A DNA stretch of 64,000 bases, taken from NCBI RefSeq assembly GCF_006345805.1, contig NC_043014.1:6138001-6202000 (forward strand). The letters are read 5' to 3'. The notes beneath the pieces are model-generated. The model was not told the DNA's origin. It did no database searches and was given only the letters and a program-made list of their open reading frames with translations. A program made the translations under genes and the position numbers. Source of the DNA: Octopus sinensis (lineage: Eukaryota). The stretch's first letter is position 1. The number at the start of each line of letters is the position of its first letter. Positions 14,233 through 28,071 of this stretch are shown piece by piece.

Positions 14233-14837
14233 TATTATAGTGAATTTTGTTTTAATAATCCTCAAATAATTCCTCGTTCTAAATGTTTGAAATAATTTTC
14301 CTCTAAAACTTCGTTCCATGACATTGCCATGACACATCAATACCTGACAAAAGAGAAACCTATCGCACACAGTTGTATTTCCATCTGTTAAGATTTGAAT
14401 AGCATCAACTTTGCTTTTAAATTCTCATCCATAATAAGCCTTCAATTCTTATACGATGCCGTGGTCACGCGGCTGAATGAACGATACGTTTGAAAGCAAG
14501 AAATTTACTTGGATGTACTTTAATGATAAATTATTCCTACAAGCCTAACAATTTAAAATCGACAGTGGTTTACCTCTATTATACATAATCCCACTTAAGT
14601 AAGAAGCTTTTGAGAACATCTGCAGTTATCTCCAGTTGCATTAAAAATTGACGACAAGTTAAAACTCTTGACCCTTATAAAACTAGTATTTTTACATTTC
14701 GATTCCATTAAAGTTCACGTTTCTGTGTTTTCCTATCAATTGATACATAAAATTGCCCACTTTTATCCATATTAGCGCCACAAAGACCTTTGGCACTTAT
14801 GATGTAAATTCTCTAGCGCCAATATTTTTAAACAGAA

Positions 14838-15622
14838 AGGTGGCGAGCTGTCAGAATCGTTAGCACGCCGGGCGAAATGCTTAGCTATATTTCGTTTGTC
14901 TTTACGTTCTGAGTTCAAATTCCGTCGAGGTCGCTTTGCTTTACATCCTTCCGGGGTCGATAATTTAAGTACCAGTTTCGCACTGGTTCGATGTAATCGA
15001 CTTAATACCTAGGTCTGTCCTTGTTTATCCCCTCTACGTTTATCCCCTTGTGGGTAATAAAGAAATAGGTATTTCGTCTGCCGCTACGTTCTGAGTACTA
15101 GTTCCGCCGCGGTCGACTTTGCCTTTCATTCTTTCGGGGTTGATAAATTAAGTACCAGTTGCGCACTGGGGTCGATATAATCGACTTAATCCGTTTGTCT
15201 GTCCTTGTTTGTCCTGTCTGTGTTTGGCCCCTTGTGGGTAGTAAAAGAATAGGTATTTCGTCTGTTTTTTACGTTCTGAGCTCAAATTCTGTCGAGGTCG
15301 ACTTTGCCTTACATCCTTCCGGGATCGATAAATTAAGTACCAGTTTCGTACTGGGGGAGATCTAATCGACTGGCCTACTCCTCCAAAATTTCGGTCCTTG
15401 AGCCTAGAGTAGAAAAGAATCGTTAGCTCGCCGGTCAAAATGCTTTCGTCTGCGCTACGTTCTGAGTTCAAATTCCGTCGAGGTCGACTTTGCCGTTTCA
15501 TCCTTCCGGGGTCGATTAAGTAAGTACTAGTTGCGCACTGGGGTCGATATACCCGGCTTAATACCTTTGTCTGTCCTTGCTTGTCCCCTCTATGTTTAGC
15601 CCCTTGTGGGCAATAAAGAAAT
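14838..15622 (+). mobile_element. SINE family C, 4-unit tandem array
   Basis: Head AGGTGGCGAGCTG; B-box-like GAGTTCAAATTCC in each unit; flanking direct repeat AATATTTTTAA at 14821 and 15624. Confidence 0.88.
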
Positions 15623-16105
15623 TAATATTTTTAACAAGATAAGTGTACTCACGCATTGTACGCAAAGAAATCTTTTTTGAACAATTTTGTAAATATTCTC
15701 AGAAGAATATTTAGTAATAAAGTGTATACTACTTTGTTTTACACCATATTTCAGCAGATAAAAAAAAAACCATCGTTTCCTTTCTCACCTTAGACGTGCT
15801 TGTAAACTCTATTCTCTCGTTGCGGTTTTCTTTTTTTATCTGTTAAACCATCCATTTGTTGGTGTGAAATATTCTTTCCCAATTTCTTTTGCAAACTCTC
15901 ATGAATGTTAACAAATCACTGGAAATAAATGTTATCAGCTTCAGATTTTCTCGTACATTACGAAATAATATTTTCGACGCTGATTCGATTTGACTAAACT
16001 TCTAAACTGCTAGAGTCGTTATAATCTTGGATGGAGTGCCTCGCCATATTTGTCATTTCTCTACCGAAATCATATTTCGTTTCCTTCATGCTTAATACGA
16101 ATGTA

Positions 16106-16479
16106 GTGGAGGCGCAATGGCCCAGTGGTTAGGGCAGCGGACTCGCGGTCATAGGATCGCGGTTTCGATTCCGAGACCGGGCGTTGTGAGTGTTTATTGA
16201 GCGAAAACACCTAAAGCTCCACGAGGCTCCGGCAGGGGATGGTGGTGATCCCTGCTGTACTCTTTCACCACAACTTTCTCTCACTCTTACTTCCTGTTTC
16301 TGTTGTACCTGTATTTCAAGGGGACGGCCTTGTCACTCTCTGTGTCACGCTGAATATCCCCGAGAACTACGTTAAGGGTACACGTGTCTGTGGAGTGCTC
16401 AGCCACTTACACGTTAATTTCACGAGTAGGCTGTTTCGTTGATTCGGATCAACCGGAACCCTCATCGTCGTAACTTCCA
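16106..16479 (+). mobile_element. SINE family A with 12-bp TSD
   Basis: TSD AATACGAATGTA at 16094-16105 and 16481-16492. Confidence 0.93.
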
Positions 16480-16684
16480 AAATACGAATGTACTGAGAGA
16501 AGGCATTGGATGTTGGAGTCGATAATTTGTAACGTGTGTTTTAGTCTTTAATTTCTGAAAGTAAGGACTGCAACGGCAATGATGACGAACTCTGTCGGCC
16601 GAAGTCAGAGCCTTTCCCTTGGATAAATATTAATTCAAGGAGACTTGCATACATATGTCACTACTAGTCTTCAAAACCTCCCAC

Positions 16685-17222
16685 CCAGGATGAAAGGCAA
16701 AGTCAACTCCGGCGGAATTTGAACTCAGGATGTAGTGGCAGACGAAATACCTATTTCTTTACTACCCACAAGGGGCTAAACACAGAGAGGACAAACAAGG
16801 ACAGACAAACGGATTAAGTCGATTATATCGACCCCAGTGCGTAACTGGTACTTATTTAATCTTAAGGCGGCGAGCTGGCAGAAACGTTAGCACGTCGGGC
16901 GAAATGCTTAGCGGTATTTCGTCTGCCGTTACGTTCTGAGTTCAAATTCCGCCGAGGTCGACTTTGCCTTTCATCCTTTCGGGGTCGATTAAATAAGTAC
17001 CAGTTACACACTGGGGTCGATATAATCGACTTAATCCGTTTGTCTGTCCTTGTTTGTCCCTTCTGTGTTTAGCCCCTTGTGGATAGTAAAGAAATAGGTA
17101 CTTAATTTAATCGACCCCGAAAGGATGAAAGGCAAAGTCGACCTCGGCGGAATTTGAACTCAGACGAAATACCGCTAAGCATTTCGCCCGGCGTGCTAAC
17201 GATTCTGCCAGCTCGCCGCCTT
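16685..17222. mobile_element. SINE family C (+) nested in an oppositely oriented SINE family C dimer (-)
   Basis: Plus-strand copy at ~16864-17096 is flanked by GGTACTTA(A)TTTAATC; the minus-strand head is at 17222. Confidence 0.85.
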
Positions 17223-18396
17223 ATAAATTGATGTCAGATTAATAAACCCATTGCTACCAGAGTGACGGTGCATGGCTCAGGGGGTTCGAGTGTCAAGCTC
17301 ACAGTCATGAAGTAGTGAGTTCAAATCGCTGTGTTGCGTTCTTGAGAAATATATTTTATTTCACGTTGCCCCAGTTTATTCATCAGTCGAATTGAGTTGC
17401 GACGACACTGGTTCCAGCCTATATTTCCCTCTGCTTTTCTCTTTGATGAAATCGATGGCGTGGAGAGGCGAGACTGATATGCATGGGTGACTGCTTGGTC
17501 TTACAAAAATGACCTTTCCCGGACTTGTGTCTCGGAGGGAAAATTTCTAGGTGCAATCCCATGTTCATTCAATTTCTTTATTAGCCACAAAGGCCCAAAC
17601 ATAGAGGGGGACAATACAGCCTGATTGGGGTCAGACACACAATGATTACCCACAGTGGGAGGGTATTCGATCTTCACCCTTTTTTACTGTCAGAGGTTCA
17701 ATCTATAGTAAAACATTAGTAACTCCACTCCGAGCACATCGCACGATCCCTTCTCCGCCACCACCGTCTGTTGCACAACCAGCTCGAACAACTACAAAAT
17801 TGCACTTGACATGTCCATGCAACTAAAGAGGATATTGTTTTGATCTCTTTAGCTATAATGAGAGATATATTTGTAGGAGCAGGTGCGCGGTGAATCACTT
17901 GAGAATTTTAATAATATTTTCATCATTGTTTCTAATATGCGTGCAATATTTAATTAATTTTAAATTGCATAGGATCCATTACTTTTATAACAATAGCATT
18001 TCCATTATATTTTCAATGGTTATACTTGGCGTCATCTTTCTCCTGAAACGTGTGTTTGTGAGTCAGTCCGTTTGTTTTTCAGGGAATGCACATCTGTATG
18101 CGAATGTTGTATTTATATAATTACCATATCGGTTTTTTAAATTTTGGTACAAGGCCAGCAATTGAAGGGGACAAAGCCCCGGTTTAATCAAACCCCAACA
18201 CTCACTTGGTACTTATGATCCCCAAAGTACAAAATGGTATTGCCAATCAAGGCAGGGTTTGAACTTACAACGTAAGAAGCAGACGAATTGTCACTAGCTG
18301 TTTTGCTTGGCATGCTCACGGTTCTGCCAGCATGCCACCTTAAGGTTGTAGCTAATATATTAGTTAGGCACATATCTAGATTAATGTGAGGTATAC

Positions 18397-18638
18397 TAGC
18401 CATCTCAATATGGCTAACCACTAAGGGTAGGTGTTACTGTAGCCCCAGGAGAACATCGTCTCCAGCTGGCTTTAGGCACACTTTCTGTGCCCTTATGGTA
18501 TTTGCAAAGGGAGGTCCCCTTTGCAAATACCATAAGGGTACAGAAAGTGTGCCTAAAGCCAGCTGGAGACGATGTTCTCCTGGGGCTACAGGCTACAGTA
18601 ACACCCACCCTTAGTGGTTAGCCATATTGAGATGGCTA
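18397..18638. mobile_element. Near-perfect fold-back of a PLE-type 3' end
   Basis: Arms 18397-18511 and 18517-18638 with a 5-nt spacer; homologous to the tail downstream of the HHR motif at 39930-40065. Confidence 0.8.
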
Positions 18639-19056
18639 ATATTGCTCACGTTGTCGTGCAGTTACTGTTTACACCTCGTTCAGAGATTTATCATATCTAA
18701 TTAAGTTTGATCAAATATTCACAGCTGTTTCAGGGTTCGAATCCCGCAGGCGTTGTTGGAATATTTTCAATATTCTCCTTTATTTGATTTATATTATGCA
18801 TCATAATGTTGTGTGGACTGGGACCCCAGCTGGCAGATCATTGGTATGTCACTATAACTTTTTAAGCAAGCGTAGTTGTTTAGGCGCTCAAAATTTGTGA
18901 AAAAGTGTTGGTGTAAATACAGATCTTACAGCATACGAGTTGTCAGAATACCACAGGTGATGATGACGTCCGACATTTCATATACGTATATATAAACGAG
19001 TGTGTGTGTGTGTATGTGTGCGTGTGTAGCTGTGTGCGCGTGTGTGTATATGTGAT

Positions 19057-19212
19057 AGGAGTGGCTGTGTGGTAAGTAGCTTACCAACCATATGTTCCGG
19101 GTTCAGTCCCACTGCATGGCACCTTGAGCAAGTGTCTTCTACTATAACCACGGGCCGACCAAAGCCTTATGAGTGGATTTGGTAGACGGAAACTGAAAAG
19201 AAGCCCGTCGTA

Positions 19213-19250
<38 letters not shown>

Positions 19251-19465
19251 CGTGTGTGTGTGTGTTTGTGTGTGCTTTTTTGTCCCTACAACATTGCTTG
19301 ACAACCGATGGTGGCGTGTTAGGTCACCGTAACTTAACGGTTCGGCAAAAGAGACCAATGGAATAAGTAGTAGGCCAACAAAGAATATGTCCTGGGGGTC
19401 GATTTGTTCGACTAAAGTCGGTGCTCCAGCATGGACGCACTCATATGACTGAAACAAGTAAAAGA
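19057..19465 (+). mobile_element. SINE family B
   Basis: Full-length consensus. Confidence 0.9.
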
Positions 19466-19639
19466 ATATATATATATATATATAAAATCATAATTAAGGG
19501 CTGGAACGTGAAACTCTGAGTATCAGTTTTTGCGATATTTCTGCTGCTTTTAAACAAAGCTTTGTTTTCTATGTGAGATATCGTATGGCTAGCTCAATTG
19601 GTGGTTCAGAAATAAGAGAGGAGAGATGATGCTAAAGTA

Positions 19640-19980
19640 GTAGTAGTAGGAGCACTCCCTCGGTTGCGACGATGAGGGTCCCAGCTGATACGATCAACGG
19701 AACAGCTTGCTCGTGAAATTAACGTGCTGAGCACTCCGCAGACACGTGTACCCTTAATGTAGTTCTCGGGGAGATTCAGCGTGACACAGAGAGTGACAAG
19801 GCCGGCCCTTTGAAATACAGGTACAACAGAAAGGGATCACCACCATCCCCTGCCGGAGCCTCGTGGAGCTTTAGGTGTTTTCGCTCAATAAACACTCGCA
19901 ATGCCCGGGTCTGGGAATCGAAACCGCGATCCTACGACCGCGAGTCCGCTGCCCTAACCACTGGGCCATTGCGCCTCCAC
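19640..19980 (-). mobile_element. SINE family A with TSD
   Basis: TSD GATGCTAAAGTA at 19628 and 19983; (CTA)n tail. Confidence 0.92.
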
Positions 19981-20454
19981 TCGATGCTAAAGTATTGTAT
20001 TGACATATTCATTGTCTCCATCGCGTTAACTTCCGTGTCAATTGTCTTGCAATCTGTAGCGGAAGCCGAGCGCCGACATGATTGAATGTAAATCTAACAG
20101 ACTGATGTTGTTATTCCTACTCCAGGACATTGAACTTTTCAAATCTAGCCGTGGTGATTAGTTTCCATTTTGTTGATGTTGAAAAACTTCAGTTGCTGTC
20201 GAGTTAAAAATTAATAGTAAGAGTGCATCTCTCTGAATCATTCATAGAAACAGTGTTGCTGAATAAGTTATTGTCCAATACACACCATGGAAGCAGTCTC
20301 GTAACACCCTCGCTTTTACAGTATAAAAGATTTCATAATAATATAAGTATATATACGTGTCTCCGTGTATGTCTTCGTGTGTGTGCAAGTGTCTCTATGA
20401 GTGTAGGTGTACATGTGTCAAGTATATATATATATTAGGAATATATATATATAT

Positions 20455-20570
20455 ATATAGTAATATGTATATAGTGGTTTTATCTCTAATTTAATAATAT
20501 ATATATAGAATATATATATATATATATATATATCTATAGTAATATAGTATAGTGGTTTTATCTCTAATTT

Positions 20571-20602
<32 letters not shown>

Positions 20603-20644
20603 TATATATAGTAATATAGTATATAGTGTTTTATCTCTAATTTA

Positions 20645-20678
<34 letters not shown>

Positions 20679-20825
20679 GATATATATATATATATATATA
20701 TAATATATATATATATAGTAATATAGTATATAGTGGTTTTATCTCTAATTTAATATATATTATATATATATATAACATATATAGTAATATAATATATAGT
20801 GATTTTATCTCTAATTTAATATATA
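20455..20825. repeat. Five copies of a ~35-bp core separated by variable (TA)n
   Basis: Core TAGTAATATAGTATATAGTGGTTTTATCTCTAATTTAA. Confidence 0.88.
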
Positions 20826-21298
20826 TATATTATATAATAATTAATTATATATATATACTTATATTATATAGGTACATATATACATACATATATATATATA
20901 ATATTATATATACATAATGTATACATATATCATACACATATATAAATACAGTTCCACACAAATATATATATATACACGCACACGCATACACATATACACA
21001 CACACACACATATATATGCATGCATGTATATATGTATGAATATGCACGCAGTTAGATTTACATGACTATATTACAGACGCAGGTACACTCATGAGTACAC
21101 ACATATACCTGTACCTGCTCAAACACGCTGCGAAGAACCACTTCTCCTTCATTACCCAGCATACATACTAACAAATACAAAGGAAACGAGTACACGGGTA
21201 CAGAACGCTTATATACCTCCGCAGACATGGAGGCATGTAAAAGGTACCTCCTAATCTCTCTGTCTGTCTGTTACTCTCTCTCTCTCTCTCTCTATCTG

Positions 21299-21344
<46 letters not shown>

Positions 21345-21358
21345 TATTATATGTATAC

Positions 21359-21420
<62 letters not shown>

Positions 21421-22538
21421 ATGTAGTATATGTATGTATGTAAGAATATATACTGTAGTCACTGCAGCTAATTGAATGTAGAAATACGTGCCAATGAACA
21501 TAATTACACACCCAGTTGTACAGTCATTAAAGCCACTTAACATGCCAAGATATTTTCTAAAAGAGAATATAATTATGATAAATAGAAAGGACGAGCAAAG
21601 TAAAACAGAGGCACCATTTCTTCATAATTAAATACCAGATTCAAGAAGGAGAATTGATGAGTGCAAGTGATGAACGCAACACACACATACACGGTCCCTC
21701 ACACAGCTCCGTCAATCACACATGTGGTCGTGTCTGTCTGTGTGTGTCTCTCTGTAGATGTAGTTGTGTGTATGAGAACTTGGTTTGTTCGTTATGACAG
21801 ACGAAACCAGGAGTAATTTTTATGGAGAACTTCATATGTTTGAACTGTGGTGGTAATGAATATTTATTTAATATTCTCTTTGCAGGTTTTCAAATATGTC
21901 TGTCTCCGAGAGATAAGCTTTGATGAACCCATACAAAGAAATGTTATCTGTAAATTTGTAATCACAATGCGAAATGAATATAAATAAATAGGTGTGTGTG
22001 TATACACATATGAGTGCGCGGGTGTGTGCGTGTGTGTGTGTGTGCATGTTTCGTAGAAAAGTGATTAGTATGTATATATACTTATACATACAGATACATA
22101 GATACATACATATGTATATGTATATGCATGTATGTGTGTTCATATATATATATATAGAGAGAGAGAAAGAGAGAGAGCGAGAGAAAGAGAGAGACAAGGA
22201 GATTGAAAGGTAAATAGATTGATACATTCATAGACAGATAGATATATATAAAGTCTATATGTCTCTCCCGATCTATTATACATATGTATATACATAGATA
22301 CCTACATATATACACACGCTTATATATATATATATATAATTATATTATATGCGTGCTGTTAATATATATATAAATATAATTATATATACATATACCTATA
22401 TATATATACGTACACATACGCGCGCGCACATATATATATACATATGTATATACATAGATACCTACATATATACACGTTTGTATATATATAATTATAATAT
22501 ACATATACATATATATACATACACATACGCGCGCGCAC

Positions 22539-22584
<46 letters not shown>

Positions 22585-22768
22585 GTTTGTATTTAGGGAC
22601 GGTCATCTTGCCAGTTTAGCCAATAAAAACACGCGCACTATATATTTGGTCTTAATTTGCTTCAACTTTATGTATTTTTTACATTAATCTTAATCTTATT
22701 TCGGCCAGAGTTCTTTTGTCACACTGCTTTGAACTCATCAGTGGTCCTTTGCTTTCTTCTTTCTTTCA
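22585..22768 (-). mobile_element. Short HHR-bearing element in (TA)n (family of 9830-10015); decayed HHR at 22703-22746
   Basis: Reverse complement GACCA-CTGATGA-...TGTGAC-AAAA-GAAC-TC-TGGCC followed by the same tail as 9895-10015; (TA)n on both sides. Confidence 0.75.
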
Positions 22769-23196
22769 TATATATATATATATATATATAACATGTCCTA
22801 TATACACATACTTTGATATGTGTGTATATTGCGCGTGAACAGATGTGAATGTGTGCGTATACGTATGACTCAGTGAATTTGTGTTTGCGTAAAGAACCGA
22901 ATGAATACCTATCCTACTAGTCGTGAATTATCTCAACATTTTACTAAATACAGAGAAAGCTATCAATACATCTAATGTCGATGTCTGCTGAAGAATTGAA
23001 GATATGAAGGTGAAATGAATGCCCAGCGCATATTTATGAGAGATCGTCAATTATGACGTGATTAAAGAAACTTATCAACGTTTTCAAACGAAATTTAGAG
23101 GATAATACAAAAAAATGACAGCACACCATATCAATCCACTTGATCTGGCGTATTGAAGTATCATAATTGATATTATATTATACGGATTACATACAT

Positions 23197-23602
23197 AGGA
23201 GTGGCTGTGTGGTAAGTAGCTTGTTTACTAATCACATGGTTCCGGGTTCATTCCCACTGCGTGGCACCTTGGGCAGGTGTCTTCTACTATAGCCTTGGGC
23301 CGACCAAAGCCTTGTGAGTGGATTTGGTAGATGGAAACTGAAAAAAGCCTGTCGTATATGAATATATATATGTATATGTGTGTGCTTGTGTGTCAGTGTT
23401 TGTACCCCCAACATCACTTGACAACCGATGCTGGTGTGTCTACGTCCCCGTACTTAGCGGTTCTGCAAAGGAGAACAATAGAATAAGTACTGGGCTTCCA
23501 GTACTTATAATAGGTCCTGGGGGCAATTTGCTCGACTGAAGGTGGTGCTCCAGCATGGCCGCAGTCAAATGACTGAAACAAGTAAAAGAGTAAAAAGAGT
23601 AA
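23197..23602 (+). mobile_element. SINE family B
   Basis: Full-length consensus. Confidence 0.9.
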
Positions 23603-23945
23603 GAGTATACAAATGCAAGCACACACATCTACACATACACATTCACACACACATACATATCTACACATTCATTCGCAAATGTACACACCCAGTCACACAC
23701 ACAGAGGCGGTCAACAGGGACAAGTGTTAGAAAAAAATTCGTTGTTGCGTTTCTCTCTGGTCGCTACGTCCTGAGTTCAAATTCCGCTGAGGTCGACTTT
23801 GTCGTTTATCCACTCAGGGTTGATAAAATAAGCACTATTTGGCCAATGAAGGCAACCCAATCGGTTTATTCTCCCCTAAAATTGCTACCTCTCTGTCAAA
23901 TTTTGAAATGATATCATAACACTCACACATACACATGGAGTGGAA

Positions 23946-24330
23946 TGGAAGCACTCCGTCGGTTACGACGATGAGGGTTCCGGTTGATCCGAATCGACTG
24001 AACAGCCTGCTCGTGAAATTAACGTGTAAGTGGCTGAGCACTCCACAGAAACGTGTACCCTTAACGTAGTTCTCGGGGATATTCAGCGTGACACAGAGTG
24101 TGACAAGGCCGGCCCTTTGAAATACAGGTACAACAGAAACAGGAAGTAAAAGTGAGAGAAAGTGGTGGTGAAAGAGTACAGCAGGAATCACCACCATCCC
24201 CTGCCGGAGCCTCGTGGGGCTTTAGGTGTTTTCGCTCAATAAACACTCACAACGCCCGGTCTGGGAATCGAAACCGCGATCCTATGACCCCGAGTCCGCT
24301 GCCCTAACCACTAGGCCATTGCGCCTCCAC
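23946..24330 (-). mobile_element. SINE family A
   Basis: Reverse complement of the 13235-13620 consensus. Confidence 0.92.
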
Positions 24331-24819
24331 TACACATACACGTAAATGAAAAAGAATTCTCGTGGTTATACGACCTGCTATAAGAGACCAGCTATGTATG
24401 ATTGAAATGAGCCAGAAAGACACACACTGAGGATGAACGGAGAACGTAACCAGGTTTATGGAGAAGTCGTCTAAGGAGTGTAAATATTGTACAATGCAGC
24501 TCACTGACATTATAGAATCTTTACATTTATATATTACTTGAGTCTGTTATTAGTGACCATTCTGGGGCACCGGTTTGAAATGGTTTTAGTCAAAGAATTG
24601 ACTCCAGTACTGTATTTTAGACTGGTACTAGTCCTACCGCTCTTTTTCACCGAAACTGCCAAGTCAAGGGAACGTAAAATCAAGCAAACACCGGTTGTCG
24701 AGCGGCAGAAGAGGATAAACACACATACACACACATATATATATGGACGCCATGATAGATCGTTAGCTCCTACACGCATTTTTTCTCTCCTTGTTTCTCC
24801 CCTTGTTTTTTTCTGTGTA

Positions 24820-24857
24820 TCTTTCTGTCGAAGAGCGTAGGCTCGAAACGTAAAAGA
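24820..24857 (+). ncRNA. Minimal hammerhead-like motif with variant core CTGTCGA
   Basis: TCTTT-CTGTCGA-A-GAGC GTAG GCTC-GAAAC-GTA-AAAGA; the tail ends in TA repeats at ~24955. Confidence 0.6.
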
Positions 24858-25472
24858 CTTTTTCTATTTCTATTCCTGAGCGCCATACTAATACATTTGT
24901 TTGTTTGTCTTCCACTTGCCTTCGTCTTTTGTTTATTTTCGTAAACTTTCCCGTTATATATATCTAAATATGTACGCGACAGGCATTTTACAGTTTCCAT
25001 CCATCAAATCCATTCATAAAATTTGGTCGGCTCGTAACTATACCGGAAAACAAATCCCCATGTTGCCAGAAAATGAAATTGATCCCGGAACCAAGTAGTT
25101 GGGAAGCAAAATTCTTACCACATGACCACGACACACATCCGCGCCTCTGAAGCAAAATTCAAGGCTGTTTTAGATTAAGGCGTTTAGCCCAACACTATCT
25201 AAAGAATATGTATGAAAATTTCACTGAGAAATTTTAAACTAATAACAACGTGCATTATTTGATATCAAATTCGGAGAAAGAAATTATAGGGAAAGATTAC
25301 CCCTTTATTTTTTTCAAGGTTCTTTGAAATTAAAGTGAATATAATTTTATATTACTTATTAAATATAAAATCTTAAACGGAAAATTTAAATGAAACTTTT
25401 GCCGTTTTCTAACTATGTGTATATATATGTGGCTGTATGTAACTCTGCGAACATCTGTGTGTATAAACATCA

Positions 25473-25532
<60 letters not shown>

Positions 25533-25756
25533 CTGTCACTATCTGTTTCTCTCTCTCTCTCCCCTTCTCGCTTCTCTCTCTCTCTCTCTCTTCTCTATCT
25601 ATATATATATAGATATATATATATATACATATATTATTGTGTGTATGTGGTGTGTGTATATATCTATATATATATATATATATATATGGATATAATATAA
25701 TACACATTTTTGTGTGTATATATATATATATATATATAATTATATTTTTTATATAT

Positions 25757-26098
25757 ATTGGGAGGATTCACAAAAAAAAAAAACAAACAAAAAGACAAAG
25801 ACAGGTGGTGTTCAACAACAAACAGATGTACTAGTATAACGCTCGGGAAGTGAAAAAGTCTTTAACGTTTCGAGCCTACGCTCTTCCACACAAAGAAACA
25901 AGAATGCCGGACAGAAGGGTCACACAGGAGAGCTAGAGAAAAGGGGAGATAATGAAGTAGTGATGATCCCAAACTAAGGTGCGCGTGCGCGTGTATAAGA
26001 GAATTAGTATGTGCGTGTAGAAGAGGGATCGTGATCTTGACGTGTGCGTGTGTGTATGTGTAGGTGTGAAAATGTGGGTCTGGAAAGTGGTCAGTGCT
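25757..26098 (-). mobile_element. Short element in (TA)n carrying a decayed HHR motif (25859-25896)
   Basis: Reverse complement TCTTT-GTGTGGA-A-GAGC GTAG GCTC-GAAAC-GTT-AAAGA; tail homologous to 24857-24955. Confidence 0.65.
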
Positions 26099-26121
26099 TA
26101 TATATATATATATATATATAT

Positions 26122-26302
26122 AGTTAATCCAAACAAGAAAACACAAAAAACACAACAACGCGAGGACGTGGAACAAATATAGTATTATTGGACGCTCAGA
26201 AAAGAAAGGAAGAAGGAGAGGTTTTAACGTTTCGAGGGGAGCTCTTCGTCGGAAACATAGGAGAAGGAAAGATCCAGAGAAGGGAAGACAGAGGGAAAAA
26301 AA
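26122..26302 (-). mobile_element. ~180-bp HHR-bearing element in (TA)n (HHR 26222-26256)
   Basis: Reverse complement GTTT-CCGACGA-A-GAGC TCC CCTC-GAAAC-GTT-AAAAC; near-identical to 58391-58585. Confidence 0.75.
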
Positions 26303-26323
26303 TATTATATATACATATTATAC

Positions 26324-26374
<51 letters not shown>

Positions 26375-26754
26375 TATAGATCTATATTAGATAGAGAGAG
26401 AGAGGAGAGAGAGAAGAGTGAGAGAGAGAGAGATTTCATTACAAATGTCCGACGATCGGGAACGTGAAACTCTGATTAAGAGTCCTCTGATGATTTTAGA
26501 GCTTTAATAATATATAATAAATATTTATTTATGTGTGTGTGTGTACGTGTGTGTGTGCGCGTGCGTGGCACAGAAAGATATAGATAGAAGATAATGCTAG
26601 AATGCCTGAAAGACGAAGAAAGAGAATGAGAGTGGTGGATGGTGAAAGTCAAATTTAATAAATATATATTATTCGTAAAGAAATAAACAACAACAATAAC
26701 TACAGCGAGACAGAGCAACAATGCTATTAATATTAACATAAAAGAAAACTCTGA

Positions 26755-26837
26755 GAATAATAATCAAAATGATGATGATGATAACAACAATGATGTTGAT
26801 GATGCTGATGCTGCTGATATTGGTAATAATAATAATA

Positions 26838-26904
<67 letters not shown>

Positions 26905-26981
26905 GGATGATGATGATAGTATGATGATGATGATGATATGATAATAATGATAATGATGATGATGATATGATGATGAGGATG

Positions 26982-27013
<32 letters not shown>

Positions 27014-27119
27014 AATAATAATGATAATGATGATGATGATGAGGATGATGATGATGAGGATGATAATGATGATGATAATAATAATAATAATAATGATAAT
27101 GATGATAATGATGATGATG

Positions 27120-27151
<32 letters not shown>

Positions 27152-27224
27152 AATAATAATAATAATGATAATGATGATGATGATGAGGATGATGATGATG
27201 ATGAGGATGATAATAATAATAATC

Positions 27225-27255
<31 letters not shown>

Positions 27256-27261
27256 TAATAA

Positions 27262-27292
<31 letters not shown>

Positions 27293-27299
27293 AATAATT

Positions 27300-27330
<31 letters not shown>

Positions 27331-27392
27331 CAATAATAATGATAATATTAATAATATTAATAATAATAATAATGATAATAATAATAATAATA
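26755..27392. repeat. (ATG)n/(ATA)n microsatellite
   Basis: Read directly. Confidence 0.97.
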
Positions 27393-27509
27393 TATTTATG
27401 ACAATATTTGGTAGTAGATTAACGAAGCAATATTGACAGGAGATTTAATGCATAAAACATTAGGACGAAGGTATTTGAGTATGTTGCTATGTTGCGGTGT
27501 ATTACAGGT

Positions 27510-27593
27510 GCATATATGTGTGTGTGTATGTATATATATATATGTTGTGTGTGTGTATGTATGTATATATATATATATGTGCGTGTGTGTATG

Positions 27594-27624
<31 letters not shown>

Positions 27625-27664
27625 TGTATGTTTGTGTATATATATGTGTGTGTGTGTGTATGTT

Positions 27665-27702
<38 letters not shown>

Positions 27703-27839
27703 ATACATACATACATACATATATATGTGGATATGTGTGTATATAAACAGGCACAATTATTCATACATATATATATATATTAATACGTATGTATGTATAT
27801 GAATAGTTACGTTTATATATCTATACATACCTATATACG

Positions 27840-27877
<38 letters not shown>

Positions 27878-28040
27878 CATATATAAGCATATATACATAT
27901 ACATATATTATAGGAATATGCCAATAGAACATGTATGTACATATATACATATTTATATATAATATGTATACATATGTTTATATACATATATATATTTGTA
28001 TTTATAAGCGTGTATATGTTTGTATGAATATACATGTATA

Positions 28041-28071
<31 letters not shown>

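Noticed and set aside
16190-16442. Recurring ORFs MFIERKHLKLHEAP... and MVVIPAVLFHH... at several loci
   Set aside because: They recur only because they lie within SINE family A copies.
20455-20825. CRISPR-like repeat/spacer appearance
   Set aside because: Spacers are only (TA)n, the context is eukaryotic and there are no cas genes.
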